From Torpedo marmorata (lineage: Eukaryota): DNA of 64,000 bases. A program made the translations under genes and the position numbers. Shown here piece after piece: positions 1 through 12,399 of the stretch; position 1 is the stretch's first letter, and each line of letters opens with the position of its first letter. Under the pieces are notes generated by a model that did no database searches, was not told the origin of the DNA, and was given only the letters and a program-made list of their open reading frames with translations. Location of the stretch: assembly GCA_977017645.1 (NCBI GenBank), contig OZ360221.1, forward strand, positions 270,444,001 through 270,508,000. Reading direction: 5' to 3'.

Positions 1-761
1 AATACATGTTTATAAAATTCAGAATTATCAAAATACATGTGATATATTTTCACCCTCCCTTCCCCCTCCCTAACCCACCTACCCCTACTACTCTCATAAA
101 ATAGAGAGAAAAGAAAAAAAAGAATAGAATGTGGAGAATGTCAATCTAAAAGAAAAACAACTATACATTAATTTTATCGTGGAACACAGGTTCGCCAGTC
201 AGACCTGGTATCAAGAGATCTTCAAATCTTTAAACCCACAGTTTTTATATATGGGCTCCATACCCTCAAATAGAAATAATATTTATTACGTAAATTATAA
301 ATAATTTTTTCAAGTGGTATACATTAACGAAGTTCTGCATGCCATCTCTCTAACCCTAAATCTACATCAGACTTCCATGTAATAGCAATGCATTTCTTTG
401 AAACAGCTAAAGCAATTTGCAAAAATTCCATTTGGTACATATTTAATCTCATTTTAATACTAATGCTTTTAATATCTCCAAACAAAAATATCATAGGATT
501 CATTGGGAGTGTAATTCCTAGTACTTTGTCTAAAAACTTTTTAACTTTCAACCACAAAGCATGAATCTTTGGACAAAGCCACGTAGAATGTACAAATGAA
601 CCTTCTTCCCTATTACATCTGAAACATAAATCTGATAATCTCGAATTAAATTTCTTTAGTTTCTTAGGCGTTAAATATAATTGATGCAAAAAATCATATT
701 GCACTAACCTATATCTAACATTAATAATTTTAGTCATACTTTGTTTACATATTTCTTTCCA
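1..761 (-). mobile_element. L1-clade LINE, 3' part (ORF2 C-terminal Cys-rich domain and 3' UTR); 3' end lies outside the window
   Basis: ORF 324..737 has CFRC...HSTWLCP and is near-identical to the C-termini of the L1 ORFs at 51488 and 55425. The UTR matches 54970-55200. Confidence 0.9.
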
Positions 762-2030
762 GCATTGTTTATTTTAGCAATAGAACCTTTAGCGGAATTA
801 ATTAGACAAGATATTAAGATTGCAGGTATTAAAGTTGGAAAAGAAGAACACAAAATCAGTTTATTTGCAGATGATGTATTGATTTACATGACAAAACCTA
901 TCGATTCATTAACACAATTAACTATTTTATTGAGAGAATATGGGGAAATATCTGGTTATAAGATGAATTCTGATAAAAGTGAAATTATGGCATTGACACA
1001 AGGAGATTATAATAAATGTAAAGAAATTACTCGATTTAAATGGTCAAATAATGGAATTAAATATTTGGGAATAAAAATAGATACAAAATTAGGTAATTTA
1101 TATAAATTAAATTACTTACCATTATTTACTAATATTAAAAAAGATTTAGAGAGTTGGAAAGATTTACCTATAACTTTAATAAGAAGGGTAAATTGTATCA
1201 AAATGAATGTTTTTCCAAGAATTCAATATCTTTTTCAATTAATTACTTATGAAATTCTTCAAAAAAATTTTAAGGATTTAAATTTAATTATTAGGAAATT
1301 TTTGTGGAAGGGAAAGTTGGCTAGAGTAGGTATGGAGAAATTAACTTGGAATTATGAAATGGGAGGTTTACAACTTCCCAATTTTCAAAATTATTATAAG
1401 GCAGCTCAATTAAAATTTATTAATGAAATGTTTGATTTAGGAAAATCTTCTGCTTGGATTAGAATAGAATTAAATAATATAGGAGAGAATTCAAAAGAAG
1501 AAGTTATTTATAAATGGAATTCTAAATTATTATTAAGAGGAGGTAAAAACTCTCCTATTTTAAAGCATTTGTTAGAAATATGGAATAAAGTGGATAGTGA
1601 GATAGGAGGGAAAGGGTTAATTTCTCGAAAAATGCCTTTATATCAAAATAAACATCCCATTTACTATGGATAATCAATTGTTTAAAATTTGGTTTCAAAA
1701 AGGGATTAAAAATGTAAATGATTGTTTTGAAGCTAGTAAATTTATTACTTTCCAAAGAATGAAAGAGAAGTTTAATGTACCAAATAATACACTTTTTTGC
1801 TTATTATCAAATAAGAACATTTTTAGTTGAAAAGTTGGGTCATAGTTTAATTTTACCAAGACAAAGTGAATTGGAGCTACTAGTTACTAATGGGGGTATA
1901 AATAATTTATTTCTCAAATGTATAGATTGTTACAGAAAAAAATGCCTAAACTAGGAATTCATGAATCAAGATTAAAATGGGAATTAGATTTGAATGTAAC
2001 AATAGATGAAGAACATTGGAAAGAAATATG
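759..2030 (+). mobile_element. L1 ORF2 RT segment; inverted 5' part of the same insertion
   Basis: ORF 741..1673 has PALFILAIEPL, LFADD and YLG motifs. It frameshifts near 1650 and ends at HWKEIC (2030), where the minus-strand piece resumes. Confidence 0.9.
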
Positions 2031-2206
2031 CCATCTTGTTCTATTAGACTAAATTCTTTATCTGCATCACTTGGAGCACTCAGACACCACAACAGATAAC
2101 TCCTTGAGATGCCATACCATTCAATCACACTATTTGGTGACCGAACTCCAAATAGGTACTCCAGGGGGAAAAAAATCCAATTTTATGCATTGCTTTCAAA
2201 ATTCAT

Positions 2207-2650
2207 GATTCAAGATTCTTTTATTGTTCTGCAATAAAACAGATGTAATATCACACAAAATTGCATTTAGTTTGCCAAAAGGCAAAGATTCGCCATCAGC
2301 AGAAATTGCTGGCGCCCCTTATAGTCAGAGAAAGAGAAGCAAAAGAGTGTCCTTTCAGAGTCAGCTGAGTGTCCGTGGATTCACCTCCAGCCTCTGCAGC
2401 TGCACAGACTTCAGTCCAAACCATCGGCAACCCGATCTCCAGATCCAAGCCTCTGACACGATCAGTAAACCTTCAGTGCCCTTGGCACCCTCTCGCATCC
2501 CGGTTCCGAAACCTGGCACCCTTTCAGCCAGTCTCAAGCCAGTCTCCAGCAGTCCGCAGCCTGGCGTGTGTCCTTTGACCGCAAATCACCAGCAAACCGC
2601 AGCCTGTGTGGGTTCCTCACCTCGAGTCACCAACAGCCCGCCCCTCACTT
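2207..2650 (-). mobile_element. 5'-truncated copy of a GC-rich non-autonomous retroelement (family of 20915-21770)
   Basis: Shares AGAGAAAGAGAAGCAAAAGAG...GGATTCACCTCCAG and the GATTCAAGATTC tail with the 20915 copy, and the same body with the 44750 copy. Confidence 0.7.
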
Positions 2651-2689
2651 GACTAGACATAGTTGTGTGCTCCATTTGATTAGCATATA

Positions 2690-2975
2690 ACCTGGACTGA
2701 TATTCCAGTGCGTGACTGAGGGAGTGCTGCACTGTCAGAGGGGCTGGCTTTTGGTTTAGCCATTAACCCTCTCCGGCAGTTGTAAAATCTCCCTCTGGCA
2801 CTGCTGGAAAGAAGAGCAGAAGAGATCTTCCCAGTATCCTGGGTGCTAATTATCCAACTCTCAACATCACTAAAGCAAAATATCAGCATTGCTGTTTGTG
2901 GGATCTCTCTGCAAACATGAGCAGCCAGATTTCACACATTACAACTGTAACATTACAACTACATTCCGAAAACAT
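2690..2975 (+). mobile_element. Deu-domain SINE (SacSINE1/AmnSINE-like), old
   Basis: CCAGTG..ACTGAGGGAGTGCTGCACTGTCAGAGG and CATTGCTGTTTGTGGGA match the recalled Deu-SINE core. Confidence 0.7.
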
Positions 2976-3254
2976 ATTTTATAACGTTCCCTTTATATTC
3001 AAATGCTTGATACACATCAGTAGAAACACAATATCAAAATACCAAACTGGTAATTTATGGTGTTAGTGAAGGGGTTGGTTTGCAAGGTGTATTATTTTGC
3101 TATTTTGCCTATTATTTAAATATATTTGGAGGTGTATCATAAATACACCAAACTAGACACATTTTGCAATATGTTAGTGCTTGATCTTTTCCAAGATATT
3201 ACCAAATGTTTTCTAGGATTAGTAAAGTTGTGGTGGATCAGCTAACTCCCTTAA

Positions 3255-3375
3255 CAGAAGGAGAGTTTCAGCTCGAAACGTTGACCATTCTTTTTCTCCC
3301 CCTGCTGCTGCTTGACCTGATAAGTTCCTCCAGCAGATTGTGTTTAGCTTCAGATTCCAGCATCTGTAGTCTTCT
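3255..3375 (+). mobile_element. Degenerate PLE terminal-repeat (pLTR) fragment
   Basis: CGAAACGTTG...GACCTG...TTCCTCCAGCA resembles the other pLTR copies. Confidence 0.6.
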
Positions 3376-3507
3376 GTGTGTCTCCAGTTCAGTTCTTCCA
3401 AGTTTTGTTTGGGATTATGTAAACGATCTTTTGGAATATCAGTGTCCCAATGTATAGCTTTACCCAATATTGCTGTACTTACATTGACCAGTTTGCTGTC
3501 GATGGAA

Positions 3508-3809
3508 TGAAACACGAAAGTCTGCAGACGCTGTGATTGTAGTGAAAACACATAGAAATGCTGAGGAACTCAGCTGGTCTCGCAGCGTCCATAGGAGGTA
3601 AAGATATATTACCAACATTTCAGGCCTGAGCCCTTCCTCAAGGTATAGGGAAAAAGCAGTCAGGCATCTTAATTAAAGACAAGAGAGAAAGGGGGAAGAA
3701 TGGGAGGGGGAGGAGTCCAGACCAACAGCCAAAAGGAGTTAATTGGAGATCATAAGAGGAAAGGTGAGAATTGATTTTGGCTCTGTGAAAGGAGACAGAG
3801 GGAAAAGGG

Positions 3810-3861
<52 letters not shown>

Positions 3862-4460
3862 GAAAGATATATAGAGAGAGAGAGACAGAGACAGGACTGG
3901 AAGGAAGGAGATGGAGAATAAGAAGAGAGGTTTCTTAATGCCATCCGGTTGGAGGGTGCCTAGATGGAAGATGAGGTGTTCCTCCAATTTGCGGATGGTC
4001 TCAGTCTGGCAGTGCATGAGTCCATAGACAGACATGTCAGCAAGGGAATGGGGTGGGGAATTGAATTGGCTGGCCACTGGGAGATCCACGCTATCGTGGC
4101 AGACAGAGCTGAGGTGCTCAACAAAGCGATCTCTAGTCTGTGCACAGTCTCTCCGATGTAGAGGCGACCACGACGGGAGCACTGGATGCAGTAGATGACC
4201 CCTGCAGATTCACAAGTGAAATGTGCTCACTTGGAAGGACTGTTTGGGGCCCCGAATGGTGGTGAGGGAGGAGGTGTGGGCGCAAGTGTGGCACTTCCTG
4301 TGGTCACAGGGGTAGGTGCCAAGGGGATGATTAGTGTGGAGGGAGGAGTGGACGAGTGAGTCACGGAGGGAGCGGTCCTTGAGGAAGGAGGAGAGGGGAA
4401 TATGTGTCTGGTAGTGGGATCACGTACTGTAGAAGGAGGCGGAAATGGCGGAGGAGGGTA
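3508..4460 (-). mobile_element. Penelope-like element (Neptune type), 5'-truncated: decayed GIY-YIG endonuclease and pLTR
   Basis: Translation gives RFVEHL..VASQF..RKLEEHLIFHLGTLQPDGI. 14-bp TSD TGCTGTYGATGGAA at 3494-3507 and 4461-4474. Internal (GT)n(GA)n at about 3810-3890. Confidence 0.85.
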
Positions 4461-4764
4461 TGCTGTTGATGGAAGCTCAGTGACAAGATGCCACAGGTGA
4501 GCCAAATGTGCTACTGTAGTTGTCATGGAGACAGTCGCAAAGGTCAAGGTTTGGGTGCGGTTAGTGTTCAGGCGCTAAGCACTCGGCTTCTTCTTCCAAA
4601 TGACAGTTCTTCAGTGAGAGAAGAATGGGGGTGGGGGAAATTATATAACCATAAGGAAAGGTTTCACAATAAAGAAAATAAAGACATTTTCAAGTTAGAT
4701 TTCCAGATCATGGTTGGTGCAGATTTACATTGAATCATAAATGTTGATGTTACTGTTTTCACAG

Positions 4765-4838
4765 AGCAAAGCACAGCTGAATTTTAAACGAGTTCTCAAT
4801 GACAATCTTTTTAAGGAGAACATAAATGCCAAGAAAAG
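4765..4838 (+). CDS. Possible host exon SKAQLNFKRVLNDNLFKENINAKK(R/S), product unknown
   Basis: ttttcacag acceptor, AG|gtaatt donor, only one frame open, in phase with ATG CCA CAG|gtgagc at 4488-4502. No homology recognised. Confidence 0.25.
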
Positions 4839-5159
4839 GTAATTTTCAAATGCAATGCTCTTCTGCAAGGTATGTAATGTGGTAAAAAGAGTCCTGGTAG
4901 GAGGTAAAAGATATCATCCCACGTGTTTAAATTTGCCTTTTTCAAATCTCCAATATGCAGCTGGGAGCCACTTTACTGTTGTCAGCAGCAAGCTCTGTTA
5001 AAAATGCATTGCCACCGGAGATAAGGTAGATTTAAGCCTGAAGCCGAGCAGCAAAACTTTGAAGTGATTGAGTACAGAACAGTGAACAAGTTGTTTCATA
5101 ACAAGGAGTGCCTTTTGTCAACAGAAAATTCCATTTGAAGTGTTATTGCTGCATTGTCC

Positions 5160-5490
5160 CAATGAACCACAGACACTACCTCACTTTCTACCTCATTCAC
5201 ATTTTGTTTGGGCCTTGATGAAGGGCTCAAGCCCGAAACGTAGATTATGTATCTTTATCTTTGCTATATAAAGTACACTGTTTGACCTGCAGTTTCTCCA
5301 GCGTTGTGTTTTTACTTCAATCACGGTGTCTTCAGACTTTCGTGTTTTATGCCTACCTCAGTTTCTCTTCTTTTGCACAAATTTATTTATTTTAAAATAT
5401 AATTTATAGCAATTTCCACACTGTAACGCTGCTGCAAAACAATGAATTTCGTGACATGCTCATGACAATAAATTCTGATTCTGATTCTGA
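5160..5490 (+). mobile_element. Rex1/Babar 3' end interrupted by a solo pLTR piece (5190-5352)
   Basis: AATGAACCACAGACACTACCTCAC...ACAATAAATTCTGATTCTGATTCTGA tail. The insert is flanked by CTACCTCA(C/G)TTTCT at 5176-5189 and 5353-5366. Confidence 0.8.
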
Positions 5491-6011
5491 AGTAAAAACT
5501 AGGAAAAAGTAAAGTTGGTTTGGAGCAGCAGCATTTTAAATCAAGCACTGACATTGTTCATTCAAACTAATAAGGGGTCTGATCTATAAATAGTCACAGG
5601 CGCATGGGGATCGACTTCCGACCTCATTAGAATAGAGAAATCTGCAAAACTAATTTGTGTTGTGAAGATGGAGCTTGAGCTTCTGCTCACTGAAATATGA
5701 ATAGCTCAGTCGGAAGAAAATTGTACATGGTAAATATTTAATGAATGGCACTTCAGTATCCTGTGGCCCTAAAATATAATTTCTTCACTCAGCTGCTAAA
5801 TAAAAGATGATTTACTTTCTTGTTGCTGATGCTTAAATCAGTTTTTTTGGGAATTATTCAAGTACTTGAAGAATTTCTGAGATATTTTTCTGTCTGTTAA
5901 GAGGAGTGTTGTGTCAATTCAAGTTGAATTGCTTCCACAATGGCAAACTCACATTTTTGAAAGGAGAAACGGCTTTGTTTAAAGCAACACGAGATAAAAA
6001 TTCTGTTTGGG

Positions 6012-6236
6012 CTGTGGAATGCTCTGCCACAGAGGGTGGTAGAGGCAGATTCGCTGATTATGTTCAAAAGAGAGTTAGATAAGACTCTAGTGGGCAGAGG
6101 AGTTAAGGGTTATGGCGATAAGGCTGGTAAGGGGTACTGATAGTAGTGATCAGCCATGATCTGTAAAATGGTGGTGCTGGCTCGACGGGCCGAAGGGCCT
6201 ACTCCAGCTCCTATTGTCTATTGTCTATTGTCTATT
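6012..6236 (+). mobile_element. CR1-clade LINE 3' end with (TTGTCTA)n tail
   Basis: TGGAATGCTCTGCC...GGGCCGAAGGGCCT CR1 terminal motif. Confidence 0.8.
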
Positions 6237-6279
6237 AACATAGGATGAGCACATTCAGTGCCAAAGATATTTTTAAGTA

Positions 6280-6481
6280 CAGTAAAACCCCCGGTATCCA
6301 GCACCAATGGGGATTGGAAGATGACGGATAAGCGAGTTTTCCAGTTGTTTGAGACTGCATGTTGCGTGAATGGAGAACTAACGACGAGGCACCCCAATTT
6401 TAAACTTCTGTATTTTTTACCCATTTATTTTTGCAATTTGTTTGCCGGTTGCTTGAATTCCGGATAACAGGGATTTTACTG
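6280..6481. mobile_element. MITE, Tc1/mariner-pogo-like, copy 1
   Basis: TA|CAGTAAAACCCC ... GGGATTTTACTG|TA: terminal inverted repeats with TA TSD. Four copies in the window. Confidence 0.85.
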
Positions 6482-7094
6482 TATATTAGAAACTGTGGGA
6501 TAAAAACCATTTGCATTCAGTGTTTGAAAATTGTCATGTTTCCACAATACCAGGACACAAGTAAATCCCTGCTTTGCTTTGACCTGATTGCTGGATAGAG
6601 TAACTGCACCCCAATGATCATATTTCAACCATTCTCGTAGCCCGTGTAAACCCCAACAGGTGATCGTGATGACAAGAATAGTGCCGTGCAGTTTTAAGTC
6701 AAATTCTTGGAATCCGTCCAGGATCCTGCATCTCCCAGCTGGTTTGTAAAGAGGCCTTAGTGGGGCTGCTTTTCAGCTGAGGTTGTTATGACTGAGATAC
6801 CTCACCCTGTGCTCTACTTTGTAAGAAGGTGCAGATTGGATGGGGATTCCATCACATCACTGTTGTATGAACCAGAAGGTGTGTGCTCTGCATTCTGCCA
6901 TCGGGCACCTTGCAGTGTCAGTGGCATTTGCAGAACTGTTGCAATGTTGCTTTAGCTTGAATTGGATCTTACACTCTGCATAATGCAGTTATGGCCAATG
7001 TTAGGGATGATCTATCCCTTCTGTGGTGAATTTGTTACCAATTATACATCCCGCTAATTGAAACTAATGGTGAAGAAAATGAGTGTGCATGCTG

Positions 7095-7777
7095 AACAGG
7101 CGTACAGGAGTGAGATAGATCAGCTGGTTGAGTGGTGCCACAACAACAACCTTGCACTCAATGTTAGCAAAACTAAGGAACTGATTGTGGACTTCAAGAG
7201 GGGGAAACCAGGAGAACACATACCAGTCCTCATCGTGGGGCCAGCGGTGGAGAGGGTTAAGAACTTCAAATTCCTGGGTGTTAACATCTCTGAAGATCTA
7301 TCCTGGGGCCTCCATGTCAATCCAATCACAAAGAAGGCTCGCCAGCGGCTATACTTCGTGAGGAGTTTGAGGATATTTGGTATGTCCCCAAAGACTCTTG
7401 CAAATTTCTACAGGTGTACCGTAGAGAGCATTCTGACTGGTTGCATCACTGCCTGGTATGGAGGTGCCAATGCACAGGACAGGAAGAGGCATCAGTCTTC
7501 AAGAAAGCAGGCTCTATCCTCAAGGACCCTCACCACCATGCCCTCTTCTCACTGCTACCATCAAGAAGGAGGTGCAGATGTCTGGAGGCGAACACCCAAT
7601 GGTACAAAAACGGCACATCAGATATCTGAATGGACAATGAACCACAGACACTACCTCACTTTTCTCTTCTTTTGCACTAATTTATTATTATTATTTTTTA
7701 AAAAATATATCATTTATAGCACCTGTAATGCTGCTGCAAAACAACCATGTTCATGACAATAAATTCTGATTCTGATT
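7095..7777 (+). mobile_element. Rex1/Babar LINE, 5'-truncated (RT C-terminus)
   Basis: WCHNNNLALNVSKTKE, FKFLG and FYRCTVESILTGCITAWYG motifs; (ATTCTG)n tail. Confidence 0.9.
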
Positions 7778-7993
7778 TGAACACGTCTATTCTTTTCATC
7801 AGTCTTTAGTTAAGTCAACCCTCATTTCCCCTCGCATTGCAATAATTGGTAACTTTGAGGATAAAAGACCATACGTCATTGATACCCTTCAATGTGCATG
7901 TCAATGAATGGTTCCACATAGACCCTCCCTCCTACAGAGTAGAAGTGTGGAGTAGAATAAAGATAAGTTTTTGGCTCTCCTGTTATTAACTTT

Positions 7994-8490
7994 TAGAACC
8001 ATAGAACATTACAACACAGAAAATAGGCCCTTCAGCCCTTCTAGTCTGTGCCAAACTATTCTGCCTAGTCCCACTGACCTACACCCATTCCATATCCCTC
8101 CATACCCCTCCCATCCATGTACCTGTCCAAATTTTTGTTAAATGTTAAAATTGAGCCCGCATTCACCACTTCAGCTGGCAGCTCGTTCTACACTCCCTCC
8201 ACTCTCTATATGAAGAAATTCCCCCTAATTTTCCCCCTTAACTTTTCCCCTTTCATCCTTTACCCATTCTCCTCTGGTTTGTATCTCCCCTAACCTCAGT
8301 GGAAAAAGCCGACTTGCATTTACTCTATCTATACCCCTCATAATTTTAAATACCTCTATAAAATCTCTCCTCATTCTTCTACGCTCCAGGGAATAAAGTC
8401 CTAAGCTGTTTAAAAACCTTTACCTTTACCTTTCCCCGTAACTCAGTTGCTCAAGTCCCGGCAACATCTTCTCAGCACTCTTTCAATTTT
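7994..8490 (-). mobile_element. CR1 LINE 3' fragment
   Basis: Reverse-complement CR1 3' terminus and decayed RT C-terminal coding. Confidence 0.75.
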
Positions 8491-8992
8491 ATTGAATTAT
8501 TCTTTCTAACAGTATATCCCAAATGGTGACAAAATATTTACATAATAAAGCTTCCTCATATGGTCTCTGGTTCTTATGCTGATTCTTTTAATTCTTTGAC
8601 CTCTGAAGACTATTTTATTTTTGGAAATAGTCTTTTCCACATTTTTACAAAGACCTGCATGATTTTTAACACCTTTTTAAAATATTCTCCCTTAATCTTC
8701 TCTGGGTAGAACAACTCCACCTTCTCCAGCACATCCCAAGCAATACCCCTCTGACACCACTCTAACAAACAGTTTCTGCACCTTCTCCAAACCTGTGTAA
8801 ACCTTCCTAAACTGACAGCCTAATCAGTGTTGGAAGATTTAACGTTATTTCCCTGCTTCTGTGCTTTCAAGATCAAAGATCTCCTATGCTATTATAACAT
8901 TCTCTGCAGATTTATTTGCTTAACCCAAAGATTTATTTCCAAATAATCACAGGACTCTTAAGTACATAAAACCCTTTCAAATACTGGACATT

Positions 8993-9326
8993 TAGACCAT
9001 AAGATATAGGAGCAGAACTAAGGCATTTGGCCCATTGGGTTTGCCCCACCATTCCACCATGATCCATTCTCCCACTCAGCCCCACTCCCCTGCCATCTCT
9101 CCATAACCTTTGATACCCTGACTATTCAGATACCTATCAATCTCTGCCTTTAATATATCCAACGACCTGGCCTCCACATCCGCCCGTGGCAGAAAATTCC
9201 ACTGGTTCACCACTCTCCGGCTAAAGAAATTCCTCCGCACCTCTGTTTTAAATGGGCGCCCTTCAATCCTGAAGTTGTGTCCTCTTGTCCTAGACTCCCC
9301 CACCATGAGGAATAACTTTGCCACAT
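8993..9326 (-). mobile_element. CR1 LINE 3' fragment
   Basis: SRTRGHNFRI..RRNFFSRRVVNQWNFLP motif in ORF 9076..9411. Confidence 0.85.
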
Positions 9327-9651
9327 GTGAATATAGTAAATAGTGCCGATCCTCTTTCTTCATTACCAAAATCAATTGCTTCATGATGATGAATTTTGTC
9401 CCACCATTCACATACTGCTGAAGGCTGTCACCAGCCTCATCAATGTTACTTGCATTTCAAGGATTTCTGTCATCTGCAAATTTTGACATTAAACCAATTG
9501 TAAGCAAAATTGTGCCATTTATATGCCTCAGGAAGAGCCATGGTTATAATATCAACTCCTCCAATCTGGAAAAATAGCCATTTACGACAAGTCTGCTTTC
9601 TTACTCAATATTGTATTCTTTCATTTGTTGATATGACTTTTTCCAGCAATT

Positions 9652-10903
9652 TGGTGGTGTCACACCAACAACCTTGCACTCAACGTTAGCAAAACTAAGG
9701 AGCTGATTGTGGACTTCAGGAAGGGGAAATCAGGAGAACACGAACCAGTCCTCATCGAGAGGTCAGCAGTGTAAAGGGTGAAGAACTTCAAGTTCCTGGG
9801 TGTCAACATCTCTGAAGATCTGACCTGGGGCCTCCATGTCGATGCAATCACAAAGAAGGCTCGCCAGTGGCTATACTTTGTGAGGAGTTTGAGGAGATTT
9901 GGTATGTTACCAAAGACTCTTGTAAATTTCTACAGATGTACCATGGAGAGCATTATGACTAGTTACATCAATGTCTGGTATGGAGGTGCCAATGCACAGG
10001 ACAGGAAAAGATGACAGAGTTGTGAACTTGGCCAGCGCCATCATGGGCATCAGTCTTCACTCCATCGGGGACATCTATAAGAGGCGTTGTCTTAAGAAAG
10101 CAGTCTCTTTCCTCATGGACCCTCACCACTCAGTCCATGCCTGCTTCACACTGCTACCATCAGGAAGGAGGTACAGGAGCCTGAAGACGAGCACCCAGTG
10201 GCACAAGGACAGCTTCTTCCCCTCTGCCATCAGATTTCTGAATGGACAATGAACCACAGACACTACCTCACTTTCTCTTCTTTTGCACTAATTCATTTAT
10301 TTTTAATTGTAATTTAGAGCAATATTTGCATTGTAATACTGCCGCAAAACAACGTATTTCGTGCCAGTTCTGGTCGCCTCATTATAGGAAAGACGTGGAA
10401 ATGTTGGAGAGGGTGCAGAGGAGATTTACCAGGATGATACCTGGTTTAGAGAGTATGCATTATGAGCAGAGATTAAGGGAGCGAGGGCTTTACTCTTTGG
10501 AGAGAAGGAGGATGAGAGGAGACATGATAGAGGTATACAAGATATTAAGAGGAATAGATAGAGTGGACAGCCAGCGCCTCCTTCCCAGGGCACCACTGCT
10601 CAATACAAGAGGACATGGCTTTAAGGTAATGGGTGGGAAGTTCAAGGGAGATATTAGAGGAAGGTTTTTTACCCAGAGAGTGGTTGGTGCGTGGAATGCA
10701 CGACCTGGGTCAGTGGTGGAGGCAGGTACATTGGTGAATTTCAAGAGACAACTAGACAAGCATATGGAGGAATTTAAAGTGGAGGGTTATGTGGGAGGCA
10801 GGGTCTAAAGGTCGGCACAACATTGTGGGCCGAAGGGCCTGTACTGTACTGTTCTCTGTTCTATGTGACATGTTCATGGCAATAAATTCTGATTCCGATT
10901 CTG
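9652..10903 (+). mobile_element. Rex1/Babar LINE with a CR1 nested in its 3' tail
   Basis: Rex1 ORFs at 9778 and 9971. The tail TTTCGTG|ACATGTTCATG is split at 10363/10868. Confidence 0.85.
10364..10864 (+). mobile_element. CR1 LINE 3' end with open frame, nested in Rex1
   Basis: QFWSPHYRKDVEMLERVQRRFTRMIPG...TRGH...FFTQRVVGAWN; GTG is duplicated at the junctions. Confidence 0.9.
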
Positions 10904-11466
10904 AGCATCCAAACTCAAGGTGCTATAATACTCAAATGTCCTTATCACAGGAGTCTTTCTAAACTCCTGTCATTTGCTGCACTCAAGTTGCATCACTCTG
11001 GGGCAGATTGCCAATGCTTATTTATGGCTCTGACTAATTTGCTCGTTTGCTAGGTAGAAAATAGCTAATTAAAATCCACTTCAGATAACAAGCTGTCTGA
11101 AAGTATATAAACGCCGTTCTCATCAGTTTACCACTTCCTTTGTGGATGTCTCCATTATTAGTGTCATTCTTGTGTATCTTTTATACAAACCAATCACGGA
11201 TGGAGGCTTAGTTTTAATATTATTCTGCAGGTGTGCAGCTGCAAATCATTATCTACAGGAAGGTGTTACTTTTGGAGTGCTTTTAAAGCTTAATTAACAT
11301 TATTAGTACCAGCTGCTAATAGCTGACGTATATTGCTTGTTATTTCAAGACTGTTGAAGTGCTATACAATCCTCCTACCCATACGAAATCTCTGCATTTG
11401 GCTTCAACTGACATTCTTCATAACTGTCAACTTTACTTCACACTAACACCAATGTTGAAAGTTTCA

Positions 11467-11968
11467 AATGTTGAAAGGCCTGGACAGAGTAGATGTGGCA
11501 AAGTTGTTTCCCATGGTAGGGGAGTCTAGGACAAGAGGGCACAACTTCAGGATTGAAGGGCGCTCATTTAATACAGAGATGCGGAGGAATTTCTTTAGCC
11601 CGAGAGCGGTGAACCTCTGGAATTTGCTAGTAAAACACGAAAATCTGTAGACACCGTGGTTGAAGTAAAAAACACAAATGCTGGAGAAACTCAGCAGGTC
11701 AAACAGTGTCTTTTATGTAGCAAAGGTAGAAATACATAACCGACGTTTCCGGCTTGAGCCACGTGCGGCTGTGGAGGCCAGGTCATTGGGTGTATTTAAG
11801 GCCAAGATTGATAGGTATTTGAATAGTCAGGGCATCAAAGGTTACGGGGAGAAGGCAGGGGAGTGGGGCTGAGTGGGAGAATGGATCAGCTCATGAGGGA
11901 ATGGCGGAGCAGACTCGATGGGCCGAGTGGCTTACTTCTGCTCCTATATCTTATGGTCTTTTGGTCTA
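11467..11968 (+). mobile_element. CR1 3' end interrupted by a minus-strand pLTR fragment (about 11630-11758)
   Basis: The CR1 sequence AATTTGCTA|CCACG, intact near 13005-13018, is split here by pLTR sequence. Confidence 0.85.
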
Positions 11969-12399
11969 AAGGTTTTATGAAGAAAGATTCAAATTGTTAG
12001 CTGAAAGTAATCACTCTAATATTGTGCATTTTGCAAGCTGTCTTCATAGATGACAGCACAAAATGCAGGAGCATCAGGGTCACCTCAATTAATTCCATGC
12101 AGTGCTTTGGTCAGTACATTAATGCAAAATAAATTGACTGGATAATTTGCAGCTATTTGTAATAACTTAAGCATACGATGGGACAGGCTTAATATTAAAA
12201 ATATTATTCAGGCTTTTGATGTTAATATTATTTCCTGTGTAATAGCATTCAACTAACATTATTTAAAATGGAAAATCTTAAAGGTGGAGCAATTTTGCTT
12301 CTTTTCATGATGATGTAGCTTAAAAGCCTTTTGAGTCTCCAGAAAGTTCATTTGGCAGTTTTTTACAGCAAACAAAATTTGCATTATGCGTGATCTTAA

